Shown here one piece after another: positions 1 to 11,446 of a stretch of 64,000 bases of DNA. Under the pieces are notes generated by a model. That model did no database searches. It had not been told where the DNA came from and saw only the letters and a program-made list of their open reading frames with translations. The stretch is from an uncultured Acidimicrobiales bacterium (GTDB taxonomy: Bacteria; Actinomycetota; Acidimicrobiia; Acidimicrobiales; SHLQ01), in NCBI GenBank assembly GCA_937934655.1, contig CALGZB010000023.1, forward strand, positions 2,908 through 66,907, read 5' to 3'. The stretch's first letter is position 1. Each line of letters starts with the position of its first letter. The position numbers were made by a program, and so were the translations under genes.

Positions 1-52
1 GGCGTTTCCCTTTGAGTCGCTCCCTTTCGAATCAGGCCCGCTTCCGCTGGTC

Positions 53-1906
53 TTGCGATTCGACACCGATATCACCGATACCCCCGCCGAAATTTGGGAG
101 CAGCTCGGCGAGGTGGTGCTGTCGAAGCTCACCGCCGATGAGGTTGTGGTGGCCCCCGACGACGTCATTGACATGTTGCGTAGCGAGCCGCAGTTTGGGG
201 CCTCGACCGGTCGAGTGTCGTCCATTAGCGCCGACGGCGCGGTGGAGCTTGCGGCGATGATCGATGCCGCCCAGGTCGCTCGGCATCGCACTGTGCGGCA
301 GTTGGCGGCGACCTTGATCTCGGCAGCGGTCGCCGAAGTCCCCAGCGGCCGCCAGCCAGAGTTGGCCTGGGTCGACGGCGGCGCTGGGTTCTTGTCGTCG
401 GAACTTGCGGCAACATCGGTTTCAGCCGAACACCAAGCCATCGATATCGCTCTGGTCAGTTTTGCTCTTTCAGGGCAGTCAGCCAAGGAACAGCGGGCAA
501 CGGTTGAAGCACTCTGGGAGTTTCTCCGACCGGGCGGATCTTTCATCGTTATCGACTCGCTCAACGAGGTCGAGATGACCCCTCCGCTGTCGGTCGATTC
601 GTTTCTCGAAGTCGTCGCCGTGGCGTCCGACCGACAAGCGGTTCTCGCCGACGTCACCACGATCGAACACCACAGCATGTCTGCAGTGGGTATCCGGCTC
701 CAGAAGCTCGGCGGGTTTGCTGCAGCCGAGCCTGTCCGTGAGCCACGCAACAAGCAGCCGGTATTCATTCTGGCGAACGATGTTGTTCCGGGGCTTGGTA
801 TGCCGACGGCTGCTCCTGGCCTTCGAGCAGCAGGGCTACGAGCTGGACTTCGAGCCAACCACATCGACACCACCTTGGTTACCCCAGTGGGCAACCGTCC
901 TTCGCCGTGGCGAAGCGCCATTCCAGCCCCGGCACACGCCGATACCGCTGTGGTCCGGCCCGTCGATCTTCGAACCTTTCTGACAAACCGGGCGCCGGCC
1001 ACCGTCGTCATCACCACTAGCAACTTCTTTGACTTGGTCAACGGAATCGACGGCATCGACGTGGTCTTTGACCTTTTTGCGCCAAAGGTCTTGGAACTTG
1101 CGTGCAGCGTCCCGCCAGCGTCCGAGGATGCGATCGACCGCCTCCGTGAGCGAAAGGTCCAAGCACTGGCCGGAGCATCGGCGTATGTGGTCAACGGCGA
1201 GAAGAAACGACCGTACCTTCAAGGGTGGCTCAGCGATGCTGGAGTCGACCCCGACACCGCACGTATTGTCGGCACAAAAATGGCGATCCAGGGAACGGAA
1301 TCGACGGCGCCTGCCGTGTCATCGGGAGGCCCGCTTCGGTTGGCAACGACCGGTTACGTGCAACGTTGGAGCCAGCCCGGCACATGGCTGGAAGCGGTGA
1401 CGAGCAAGCTATCGAACGACATGGTGCTCAGTACCGTCCTGGCGACTCACTGGGGCGAGCGCGCACAAGTATCTTCGCCCACCTTCGAGCTGTTCGACGC
1501 GAACCCGTGGGTTCGAAATGTCCCGCCGATGGAGTTCGAGGCCTTCGCAGCGTTTCTCGCCAGCCAGCATGTGGTTATCGACCTCTTTCATCCCACGGCC
1601 GAACGGGAGCTGGCGATGGTGACCCGAACGGTTGTTGCGCTGGCAAGCGGTACGCCGGTTATTCATCCGCCCTTTACCGAGGTATCGCCACTCATCGCCG
1701 AGTACGACGCCGGCTGGCTCGTCGATCCGGCAGATCCCGCAGAACTCGGCGCACTACTCGACCACCTCACGGCCAATCGTCGTGACGTCGAGGATCGGGC
1801 GGCGAACGCCCGCAAGCTCTGGGCTGACCACTTCGAACCGAAGGTTGCGGCAACCGAGATGGCTGATCTGCTGTGCGAGCTCGAACAATCTCGGCCTGCC
1901 CGATGA
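53..1906 (+). CDS. Two-part glycan-biosynthesis protein: N-terminal region with a methyltransferase-like segment, C-terminal GT-B (GT4-like) glycosyltransferase domain
   Basis: 617-aa ORF. The C-terminal 'GTPVIHPPFTEVSPLIAEYDAGWLVDPADPAELGALL' resembles the GT4 sugar-nucleotide binding region. 'LRPGGSFIVIDSL' is methyltransferase-like. The frame stays open to window position 2, so the start may lie upstream. The stop overlaps the next start (ATGA at 1903-1906). Confidence 0.55.
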   Translation: MRFDTDITDTPAEIWEQLGEVVLSKLTADEVVVAPDDVIDMLRSEPQFGASTGRVSSISADGAVELAAMIDAAQVARHRTVRQLAATLISAAVAEVPSGRQPELAWVDGGAGFLSSELAATSVSAEHQAIDIALVSFALSGQSAKEQRATVEALWEFLRPGGSFIVIDSLNEVEMTPPLSVDSFLEVVAVASDRQAVLADVTTIEHHSMSAVGIRLQKLGGFAAAEPVREPRNKQPVFILANDVVPGLGMPTAAPGLRAAGLRAGLRANHIDTTLVTPVGNRPSPWRSAIPAPAHADTAVVRPVDLRTFLTNRAPATVVITTSNFFDLVNGIDGIDVVFDLFAPKVLELACSVPPASEDAIDRLRERKVQALAGASAYVVNGEKKRPYLQGWLSDAGVDPDTARIVGTKMAIQGTESTAPAVSSGGPLRLATTGYVQRWSQPGTWLEAVTSKLSNDMVLSTVLATHWGERAQVSSPTFELFDANPWVRNVPPMEFEAFAAFLASQHVVIDLFHPTAERELAMVTRTVVALASGTPVIHPPFTEVSPLIAEYDAGWLVDPADPAELGALLDHLTANRRDVEDRAANARKLWADHFEPKVAATEMADLLCELEQSRPAR

Positions 1907-2913
1907 GCCTCACCGGTCAGCGACTGCATGTCGTCGTTCCTCATTTCAATATGCGTGGGGGTGTGATCAAGCTGCTCGACTACGCCGATCACGCCGCAGC
2001 GCTTGGCGCCGAGGTCGTCGTGTACAGCGACGACGTGGCCGAACCTGGACTGTCGCTGTTTAGCGTTCCTCGTCTGCGGGCTATCACCGATCGACTCCGT
2101 TTTGAGCAACTCGATCAACGGCCTCAAATCGAGCATGACGACATCGTGTTGTTCACATGGCCCCGCGATTTCATTGGTCTTGCTGCTCAAGCCTCAGCCG
2201 GATTCGATACCCGGCGGTTCGTACACCTTGTACAAAGCACCCAGCACGCCAACGCGTCTTTTACCCGCGGCTATGGGCGTCGCCTGCTGCGCCAGCCACT
2301 GTCGAGGATCTCGGTTTCGTCCGAGGTTGCGGAGGCGATCCAGCCTTACGTTTCGGCCAACATGCCACACGCGATTATCGACGAAGGCCACGACTGGGAA
2401 TACTTCGCCGAACGACCGGCCGGGCGCACCCATTGGACCGATCGTCCACTGCGTGTGGCCTACACCACGTGGAAGAGTCCGGTGGGCGATGATGTTGCAG
2501 CCCGCTTGGCCTCCGCTTCCGACATCGCGTTTCGGCGTATTGCCCACGTGGCTTCGTGGGCAGAGCTTCGAGAGCTCTACCACTGGAGCGACGTGTTTCT
2601 CGGCTACCCGGCCCCCGAAGAAGGCTTCTATATGGTCGGGTACGAGGCAATGGCGGCCGGAGCCATCGTTGCGTTGCCCGACGTTGGAGGCAACCGCAGC
2701 TATTGCCGATTCGGGGCGAACTGCCTCCAAACTTCCTACGACGATGCCGACTCCTACATCGCCGCAATTCACGCGGTCCATGAAATGGACGAGCAGGAAG
2801 CGTCGATGATGAGAGCCAAGGCGCATGCCGAGGTGGTTCGGTTCGACCTTGCTCGCGAACGGCAGGCGGTGGGCGAGTTCCTCACCAAAATCGCCACGCT
2901 GCCCACCGGGTAG
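1903..2913 (+). CDS. Glycosyltransferase, GT-B fold (GT4-like)
   Basis: The ORF track starts at 1873. ATG at 1903 is preferred because of the ATGA overlap with the upstream stop. 'EEGFYMVGYEAMAAGAIVALPDVGGNRSYC' matches the conserved GT4 C-terminal motif. Confidence 0.6.
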   Translation: MSLTGQRLHVVVPHFNMRGGVIKLLDYADHAAALGAEVVVYSDDVAEPGLSLFSVPRLRAITDRLRFEQLDQRPQIEHDDIVLFTWPRDFIGLAAQASAGFDTRRFVHLVQSTQHANASFTRGYGRRLLRQPLSRISVSSEVAEAIQPYVSANMPHAIIDEGHDWEYFAERPAGRTHWTDRPLRVAYTTWKSPVGDDVAARLASASDIAFRRIAHVASWAELRELYHWSDVFLGYPAPEEGFYMVGYEAMAAGAIVALPDVGGNRSYCRFGANCLQTSYDDADSYIAAIHAVHEMDEQEASMMRAKAHAEVVRFDLARERQAVGEFLTKIATLPTG

Positions 2914-2924
2914 CCTCACCAGCT

Positions 2925-4310
2925 ATGAACAAAATTGTTGTGGTCGGGCTCGGGCCGGGCGACGAGAACCTGCTCACGACCCAAACCGCTCGGCTCCTTG
3001 CCGAGGCCCATGCCAAAGGGCGGCTTGTCCTTCGAACTCGACGTCACCCGGCCGCCGTTGTGGTGCCCGATGCTCCGTCGTTCGATGATGTGTACGAGAC
3101 CGCCGACTCGTTCGAGCAGGTGTATCGGACGATTGTCGACCGGCTTGTCGCGTTCCCTGACAAGACCGACGAGGGCGGGGAAGCGAACCAGCCGCTGGTG
3201 TACGCAGTGCCGGGGTCGCCCAGCGTTGCCGAACATACCGTCGAGCTTCTCCTCGCCGACGAACGAGTTGCCGTCGAGGTCATCCCGGCGCTGTCGTTTG
3301 TCGACCTGGCGTGGACTCGCCTTGGTATCGACCCACTCGCCGAAGGCGTGCGTATCGTCGACGGTCGTAACTTCGTTGCCGCTGCGGCGGGGGAGCGGGG
3401 ACCGTTGCTCGTCGCGCAATGCGATCAACAACATGTGTTGAGCGACATCAAGCTGTCGGTCGACACCGCATCGCAGCCGGGCGAGCCAATCGAAGTCACC
3501 GTGATCCAACGGCTCGGTTTGCCCGACGAGTCGATCTTTACCGTCGATTGGGACGACCTGGATCGGTCGATTGAGCCCGACCATCTCACCTCGATTTTCA
3601 TCCCCCGTCTCGCCGCTCCAGTGGCTGGAGAAATGGCTAACTTCGCCTGGTTGGTCGAGCGGCTTCGACAGGAATGCCCCTGGGATTCCGCCCAAACGCA
3701 TCAGTCGCTGCGACGTCACCTGTTGGAGGAGGCCTATGAGGTGCTCGAAGCAATCGACAGCCTCCCCGACGCCGAAGACCACACCGACACCGACACCGAA
3801 GATTCCGCCTACGAACTTCTCGAAGAGGAGCTTGGCGACCTCTTGTTTCAGGTGTTCATCCACGCCGAGCTTGCCGCTGAGGCTGGTCGCTTCACTGTCG
3901 CCGATGTAGCGCGAGGTATTTACAACAAGCTCTATCACCGCCATCCACACGTGTTCGGCGACAACGCTGATGCCGAGAATCCCACCGTCGATGAGTTACT
4001 CGTCGACTGGGAAGCCCAAAAGAAGCTCGAGAAGGATCGCGGGTCGATTATGGACGGAATTCCAGCGGTATTGCCGGCCTTGCTCCTGGCCTCGAAGGTG
4101 CAAAAAAAGGCTGCGAGTGCCGGACGTCCTGTGGACGTTGGGTTCACCGAATCGTCGATCGAATCGGTTGGCACCGAAGAGGACTTGGGCTGGGCGTTGA
4201 TGCAGCTGGTCAGCCGCGCTCGTGCGCTCGATCTCGACCCCGAGCAAGCGCTGCGAAAGGTAGCAAACGAAGTGATGGCCGACTTCAAGGAATCCGAAAC
4301 CGCCGATTAG
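2925..4310 (+). CDS. mazG: Tetrapyrrole-methylase-like domain fused to MazG nucleoside-triphosphate pyrophosphohydrolase
   Basis: The N-terminus 'MNKIVVVGLGPGDENLLT' is typical of the YabN/tetrapyrrole methylase family. The C-terminal half has MazG motifs ('LLEEAYEVLEAI', 'EELGDLLFQV', 'RHPHVFG'). Its position just upstream of eno is classic for Actinobacteria. Confidence 0.85.
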   Translation: MNKIVVVGLGPGDENLLTTQTARLLAEAHAKGRLVLRTRRHPAAVVVPDAPSFDDVYETADSFEQVYRTIVDRLVAFPDKTDEGGEANQPLVYAVPGSPSVAEHTVELLLADERVAVEVIPALSFVDLAWTRLGIDPLAEGVRIVDGRNFVAAAAGERGPLLVAQCDQQHVLSDIKLSVDTASQPGEPIEVTVIQRLGLPDESIFTVDWDDLDRSIEPDHLTSIFIPRLAAPVAGEMANFAWLVERLRQECPWDSAQTHQSLRRHLLEEAYEVLEAIDSLPDAEDHTDTDTEDSAYELLEEELGDLLFQVFIHAELAAEAGRFTVADVARGIYNKLYHRHPHVFGDNADAENPTVDELLVDWEAQKKLEKDRGSIMDGIPAVLPALLLASKVQKKAASAGRPVDVGFTESSIESVGTEEDLGWALMQLVSRARALDLDPEQALRKVANEVMADFKESETAD

Positions 4311-4359
4311 CAGGCGGGCTTAACGCTAGCGCTCGACCGTCTGGGCCTAGACTCTCGAT

Positions 4360-5409
4360 GTGGCCGAAACTGCAGCGACTAACGCCTCTGAACTGGATAC
4401 CGGCGCGGCCCCTGTGGTCCCGATTTCGGTTTCGACGGTCACGCCCGTGTACCGCGGTGCCGAACATCTCGGCGCCTTGGTCGAGCGCCTCGAAGAAGTC
4501 CGCATCGCCTACCAACAAGGCGACGCGCCGATCGAATTCATCGAGTCGGTATTCGTCGACGATGGCTCCTCCGATGGTTCGTCGGAAGTCCTAGAGAAAC
4601 TGGCGGCCACGTATCCGTGGATAACCGTTGTCACACTGTCGCGAAACTTCGGCCAGCACCCGGCGACCGTTGCCGGAATCCTTCATGCTGGCGGCGAATG
4701 GATCGTTACGCTCGACGAAGACCTCCAGCACGATCCCATCGAGGTAGAGAAACTTCTCGAGGTCGCCGCCGAAGGTCGCCATGACCTGGTGTATGCAACT
4801 CCCTCCGGGACCAATCACTCTCGATCCCGTGGGTTGTTCAGCAACACGTTTAAGCGTCTGTTGGTTTCTCTCTCGGGCAACGAGAACCTTGCGCAGGTTC
4901 AGAGCTTTCGGCTCGTGCGTGGCGATATCGCTCGAGGGGCCGCAGCCGCGGTCGATCATGAGACCTATCTCGATGTTGCACTGAGCTGGTTCACCGACCG
5001 AGTTGGTTCCGTCGAAATCGAAATGCACGACGAACGATTCCAACAAGAGGGGCAGAGCGGGTACGGCTTCCGGTCGCTCTTGAGTCACGCTCGTCGGGCG
5101 ATAATCTCGAGCCAGGCAAAGCTGCTTCGGGTCGCGGCATTCTTCGGGTTGTTGTCGGTCCTCATCGCCGCAGTGCTGGCTGTCAGAGCCGCTATCGGTG
5201 TGGCTTTTGGCGATGTTTCCGATGTGGCACCCGGCTGGCCTTCGCTGTTTATGACCCTGCTGTTCTTTGGCGGCGTCCTCAGCACACTCATGGTGGTGTT
5301 GCTCGAATACTCGGTGTCGGTGGCGCTGCACCTTAAAGGAAAGCCGGCGTTCTTCCCCGTCGATCGTCGACGCGATGCGCTGCTCCGCAGCTACTTCAGT
5401 TCGAAGTGA
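4360..5409 (+). CDS. GT2 polyprenol-phosphate glycosyltransferase (GtrB/ArnC/DPM1-like) with C-terminal TM helices
   Basis: 'VTPVYRGAEHL...VFVDDGSSDGS...LSRNFGQHPA...VTLDEDLQHDP' are GT2 DXD-type motifs. Two hydrophobic helices lie near the C-terminus. GTG start. Confidence 0.8.
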   Translation: MAETAATNASELDTGAAPVVPISVSTVTPVYRGAEHLGALVERLEEVRIAYQQGDAPIEFIESVFVDDGSSDGSSEVLEKLAATYPWITVVTLSRNFGQHPATVAGILHAGGEWIVTLDEDLQHDPIEVEKLLEVAAEGRHDLVYATPSGTNHSRSRGLFSNTFKRLLVSLSGNENLAQVQSFRLVRGDIARGAAAAVDHETYLDVALSWFTDRVGSVEIEMHDERFQQEGQSGYGFRSLLSHARRAIISSQAKLLRVAAFFGLLSVLIAAVLAVRAAIGVAFGDVSDVAPGWPSLFMTLLFFGGVLSTLMVVLLEYSVSVALHLKGKPAFFPVDRRRDALLRSYFSSK

Positions 5410-6335
5410 GAACAATCGACCTCGACAACCGTCGTCGGGTGGTTGTGTTGGGTGAAGGGCAGGTCGGGAGCGCGGTAACCCGGTCATTGCTTCGGTCGCC
5501 GTCGTCGGTGAGCCATCAAAGTCGAACCGATTGGGCCACTCCCGAGACAGCAGCGCGCACCACCGCTCAGGCACTCGAGGCGCTTCGCCCGATCGGCGAC
5601 CAAGGCGGACGGACCACGGTTGTCTGGTCGGCCGGAACTGCAGGGATGACCACGTCGAAAGAACGTTGCGAACAGAACCTCGAAACGATGAAGGCGACCA
5701 TTGCGGCGGCACTTGAATCGGTACATTCCGACCAAACCCGGAGCCTGCACATCATTGCTTCGGCGGGTTCCTATGCGCACAACTCGCGGCGTTGGCCGTC
5801 GGGCGATTCCGAGATCTCCCCGGAGATCGAAATTCCCTATATCTGGCTCAAGCTTGCCGAGGAAGAGTGGGCGCGAACCCAGTTGGTCGGCCCCGCTGCC
5901 GCCGACGTAACCATCCACCGAGTCGCTTCGGTGTACGCCCGGCCAGGCGACCCCGGCCGATCGGGAATGGTCGCAGCGATGGTCCGCAACGCCTCGCGGG
6001 GAAACGTCACATCGATCTTTGGGAAGTGGTCGACGATTCGAAATTACGTTCACGCCGACGATGTTGGTGAATTCGTGGCCCGCTCGGCGCGAAACGACAC
6101 TGCAGGGTCTGCCGCCCGGATCACCGAAACCCTTCTTGCCGACCGGCGAAGTTACTCGATTGCCGAACTCGTGCAATTGGTATCGCGTGCGATTCGGAGG
6201 CCGGTGCCGCTGCGGATCATCGCCACCGAAAATGCTCACAACCATACGTTCAATCCGGGACTGATTGCCGACGGATTCGCGGCACGGCCACTTGCGACTG
6301 CGATCCGGCAGATGTTCGTCGACCTTCAGACGTAG
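5406..6335 (+). CDS. NAD(P)-binding Rossmann-fold protein (epimerase/dehydratase-like)
   Basis: 'VVVLGEGQVGSAVTRSL' is a glycine-rich dinucleotide-binding motif. GTGA overlap with the upstream stop indicates operon membership. Confidence 0.45.
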   Translation: MRTIDLDNRRRVVVLGEGQVGSAVTRSLLRSPSSVSHQSRTDWATPETAARTTAQALEALRPIGDQGGRTTVVWSAGTAGMTTSKERCEQNLETMKATIAAALESVHSDQTRSLHIIASAGSYAHNSRRWPSGDSEISPEIEIPYIWLKLAEEEWARTQLVGPAAADVTIHRVASVYARPGDPGRSGMVAAMVRNASRGNVTSIFGKWSTIRNYVHADDVGEFVARSARNDTAGSAARITETLLADRRSYSIAELVQLVSRAIRRPVPLRIIATENAHNHTFNPGLIADGFAARPLATAIRQMFVDLQT

Positions 6336-6368
6336 TTGTCGCACCGACCTCATGGCTGAATCAACATC

Positions 6369-7625
6369 ATGACTGCACCACCCGCAGCTCCACGGAAGGC
6401 GTATTGGTCCTCGTTGGTGAATGCCGGTCTGACGGTGACCAACTTCGCCATGGTGCTGTTGGGCCTCCTGGCGATTGCTCGTTTCGGCAACGCTCGTCTC
6501 GATACCGGCGTGGTGAACGTGTGGTCGATCTGGGGTATCGCCCATGTCTCGGTTGGCCAAAGCCTCCAAGTACTGACCGCGCTTCCCGGCAACGACGAGA
6601 AACCCTTGTCGCAGAGGTTTCCCCTGGTACTCGGTGCAGTCGCAATCGGTGCTTTCGCCGTGCTGTTGCTCCGAGCCCGATTGTTTCCCAACCTCGACGC
6701 AAACTGGCCGGCTGCAGCGCTCGTCGCAATTGCGGCCGCCTCGGTATCAGGACTGCTTCGCGGTTCGCTGGTGCGGAACAGGAAGGCCACGCTGTCGTTA
6801 GGCGTGGTGTGCGCCGAAAACGCGGCGCGGAGCCTGTTGCTGCTTTTTGTACTTTGGCGGGCGGTTCCAGATTCGATCTCGTCGTCTGGCTCGGGCCTGC
6901 AGGTGTCTGACTCGGTCGTGCCCTGGGCAATCGTTGCCCCATTCCTCGTGTCGATTCCGGTGCTGGTCTGGCTTCACCTGAAGTCCACTTACGAACGTCC
7001 CGAAGACCAGAATTCGTCCCAGGCAACCGCCGGCCGGGCCGCTCTGACGATGATCCCGTCGTTGGCCTCGTATGCGCTCGTGCCAATGCTGTCGGTGCTT
7101 CAACGCCTTCCCGAAGCCATCGAAGTCGATGCACTGGCGTTCGATGCAGCCCTGGCTCGTGGCCCGGTGCAGGTTGCCGTGTTCGCCGCGCCGATCGCGT
7201 TGCAGTACATGTTGGACCGGAGTGGTGGCAGCCGAACTCGCGTCGCCGGAGTGCCCGTGTGTTTGTTTGTCACAATCGGGGCGCTCGGTTCGACGCTGCT
7301 GTTTGTGCCCGAATCGGTAGTCGGGCGATTGTTGCTCGTCGTGCTTGTCGGCAGCGTGAGTTTGGTGGCGTATGGGGCGATCCTCGATGCTGTCGATCGA
7401 AGTGCTTCGGCGCTCGCTGTGATCACAACAATGACTGCTGCGTTCGTGGCGTTTTTGTTTTCTGCGACGTTGGTTGACGAGGTGAGTCTTGCTCCGGTTG
7501 CGTGGGCGTCAGCCGCTGCGGTTTGGGCGCTGGTCGTCACCTCCACCTCGAACGACGGGCAACGTGGTGTGCCTGGGCCGACTGAGGCTCGGCGGGGGCC
7601 GACTGAGTTAAGATCTGGGTCATGA
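6369..7625 (+). CDS. Polytopic integral membrane protein (flippase/polymerase-like, family unassigned)
   Basis: 418 aa, almost entirely hydrophobic helices (10 or more by eye). Sits between the GT2 gene and the sulfotransferase gene. Confidence 0.6.
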   Translation: MTAPPAAPRKAYWSSLVNAGLTVTNFAMVLLGLLAIARFGNARLDTGVVNVWSIWGIAHVSVGQSLQVLTALPGNDEKPLSQRFPLVLGAVAIGAFAVLLLRARLFPNLDANWPAAALVAIAAASVSGLLRGSLVRNRKATLSLGVVCAENAARSLLLLFVLWRAVPDSISSSGSGLQVSDSVVPWAIVAPFLVSIPVLVWLHLKSTYERPEDQNSSQATAGRAALTMIPSLASYALVPMLSVLQRLPEAIEVDALAFDAALARGPVQVAVFAAPIALQYMLDRSGGSRTRVAGVPVCLFVTIGALGSTLLFVPESVVGRLLLVVLVGSVSLVAYGAILDAVDRSASALAVITTMTAAFVAFLFSATLVDEVSLAPVAWASAAAVWALVVTSTSNDGQRGVPGPTEARRGPTELRSGS

Positions 7626-8362
7626 TCATCGTTGCCGGAATGCACCGTTCGGGCACGTCGCTTACCGCACAGATTTTGCAGTCCCTGGGTGCCGATTTTG
7701 GCCCGGCCGACCAGATGTGGGAAGCCGATCAGTGGAACGCCAACGGGTACCTCGAGCGCCTCGACGTCATCGACGCAAATAGCCAAGCTATTACCGGGGT
7801 TTCGCGCACCGAGAACAAGCTGGTGGCGGTGGCATCGCAGCTGGCGTATCTCCGAATGTCGAACGGCCAGGAGGTTCGCGGCCGGGTTGACAACGCTGAG
7901 CTTGCAAGGATCTGCGAGGCCTGCAGCGGGTTTGCTCTCAAGGACCCAAGATTCTGTCTCACGCTTCCGCAGTGGGTGGGTGCCGGGCAGGTCGACGCAG
8001 TGGTCGTTGCGCTCCGGCATCCCTCGGCATCGGTCGCGTCGCTCGCCAAACGCAACCGGCTGCCAAAGTCGATCGGGTACAAGTTTTGGGCCTGGCACAT
8101 GAGCGAACTGCTGGCAACGGTTCCCGACGACGCCGTACTGGTTCGACAAGACGAACTTCTTGGGGCCAACCCGGGCCCGGCAATCGAACGGCTCGAGGCG
8201 GCAGCAGCTCTCGTGCCGGCACCCGCCGGAGCCAAACGGCCGGGCGACGGTGACCCTCGATCGCTCCTCGACCTGTCGATGGTGCATCACCAACCCGACG
8301 AAACCGGCCTCCCCGAGGATGTCCGAGCACTCTGGGAGGAGTGGACAAACAAAATCTCGTGA
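7622..8362 (+). CDS. Sulfotransferase family protein
   Basis: N-terminal 'MIIVAGMHRSGTSLTAQIL' matches the 5'-PSB (PAPS-binding) loop of bacterial sulfotransferases. ATGA overlap with the upstream gene. Confidence 0.6.
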   Translation: MIIVAGMHRSGTSLTAQILQSLGADFGPADQMWEADQWNANGYLERLDVIDANSQAITGVSRTENKLVAVASQLAYLRMSNGQEVRGRVDNAELARICEACSGFALKDPRFCLTLPQWVGAGQVDAVVVALRHPSASVASLAKRNRLPKSIGYKFWAWHMSELLATVPDDAVLVRQDELLGANPGPAIERLEAAAALVPAPAGAKRPGDGDPRSLLDLSMVHHQPDETGLPEDVRALWEEWTNKIS

Positions 8363-8441
8363 CCCCTCACGACAGTCCGACGACCAGATTGTCGTCGTGT
8401 GTCACGAGATTCCGGTGTGGGGGTGACGGCTGCGCCGATAG

Positions 8442-10063
<1,622 letters not shown>

Positions 10064-10160
10064 GTAGCCGCACGGCTTCTTGCACCGGCCCGCGATTCGG
10101 CTAAGTTCACTGTCGATCCACAGCGAGTTGGCTGTGACAGCGAAAAAGGGGAAACGCCAA

Positions 10161-10622
10161 GTGCAGGTCTCGATAAACGTCAATGGTGGCGGTCAGTCAC
10201 ACGACGTCGAAGCACGAACGTTACTGGTTCACTATCTTCGGGAGTCCTGCGGACTCACCGGAACCAACGTGGGTTGCGATTCATCATCATGTGGAGCGTG
10301 CACGGTGCATCTCAATGGTGAAGCCGTAAAATCCTGCACCGTGTTTGCCGCTCAGGCAGACGGTGATGAGGTCACCACTATCGAGGGGCTCGCCGACGGC
10401 GACACCCTTCACCCAATGCAGCAGGCCTTCCACGAGTGCCACGCCCTCCAGTGTGGTTACTGCACGCCAGGCATGGTCATGGCCGCCGTGTCCTTGCTCG
10501 ACGAGGAACCCAACGCCGACGAAGCCGCAGTCCGTGAAGGACTCGAGGGCAACCTCTGTCGTTGCACCGGCTACCACAACATCGTCAAAGCAGTTCTCTC
10601 CCAGAGCGGCGGTGCCAAGTGA
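10161..10622 (+). CDS. (2Fe-2S)-binding small subunit of a molybdo-flavoenzyme (CoxS/CutS/XdhC-small type)
   Basis: '[12 protein letters not shown]' and '[10 protein letters not shown]...CRCTGY' are the two [2Fe-2S] motifs. GTG at 10161, preceded by 'AAGGGGA', is preferred over the ORF-track start at 10080. Confidence 0.85.
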   Translation: MQVSINVNGGGQSHDVEARTLLVHYLRESCGLTGTNVGCDSSSCGACTVHLNGEAVKSCTVFAAQADGDEVTTIEGLADGDTLHPMQQAFHECHALQCGYCTPGMVMAAVSLLDEEPNADEAAVREGLEGNLCRCTGYHNIVKAVLSQSGGAK

Positions 10623-11443
10623 TCCCAGCAGCATTCGATTACAAGCGTGCCGGTTCGGCCGAAGAAGCGCTTTCGCTGCTCGCCGAGCATGGCGATGACG
10701 CCAAGCTTCTCGCTGGCGGCCACTCGTTGATTCCCTTGATGAAGTACCGCTTGGCCTCGCCAGCTGTTCTCATCGACATCGGCAAGGTCACCGACCTCTC
10801 CTACGTGAACGACGGCGGCGATCACCTCGCAATCGGTGCGCTCACGCGCCACCGCGACATCGAGATCAACGATCTCATCGCCAGCCAAATGCCGCTGCTT
10901 GCAGCAGCGACCCGCAATGTTGGTGACCCGCAGGTCCGCCACCGCGGAACCATCGGCGGAGCCGTTGCCCACGGCGACCCTGCCTCCGACATTCCCGCCG
11001 CCATGCTTGCCTTGCGAGCCACGATGGTTATCGCTGGTCCCGATGGCGAACGCGAAGTTGCTGCCGACGATTTCTTCTCGGGCTTCCTCGAGACCGATCT
11101 CGGCGAGACCGAGATGCTGAAAGAGATCAAGATCGCCAAGGTTCCCGACGCGACCTACTCGTTCCAGAAGTTCAACCGTCGGGCCCAGGATTGGGCCATC
11201 GTCGGTGCAGCAATTCTGGTCAACAACGGTAACTCCGGTGTGGGCCTTGTGAACATGGACTTCCGTCCGGTTCGAGCAGCGGGCGTCGAAGAGGCTCTGA
11301 ACTCTGGTGCCAACGCAGCCGACGCTGCCGCGCTTGCCGCCGATGGCGTCGAGCCGCCTGCTGACCTCAACGCAACAGTCGAATACCGTCAGCACCTCGC
11401 ACGGGTTCTCACCCGCAGAGGGCTTGAAGAAGCTGGCCGATAG
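10619..11443 (+). CDS. FAD-binding medium subunit of a molybdo-flavoenzyme (CoxM/CutM type)
   Basis: '[44 protein letters not shown]' and '[18 protein letters not shown]' are typical FAD_binding_5 motifs. GTGA overlap with the coxS-like stop. Confidence 0.85.
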   Translation: MIPAAFDYKRAGSAEEALSLLAEHGDDAKLLAGGHSLIPLMKYRLASPAVLIDIGKVTDLSYVNDGGDHLAIGALTRHRDIEINDLIASQMPLLAAATRNVGDPQVRHRGTIGGAVAHGDPASDIPAAMLALRATMVIAGPDGEREVAADDFFSGFLETDLGETEMLKEIKIAKVPDATYSFQKFNRRAQDWAIVGAAILVNNGNSGVGLVNMDFRPVRAAGVEEALNSGANAADAAALAADGVEPPADLNATVEYRQHLARVLTRRGLEEAGR

Positions 11444-11446
11444 CGC

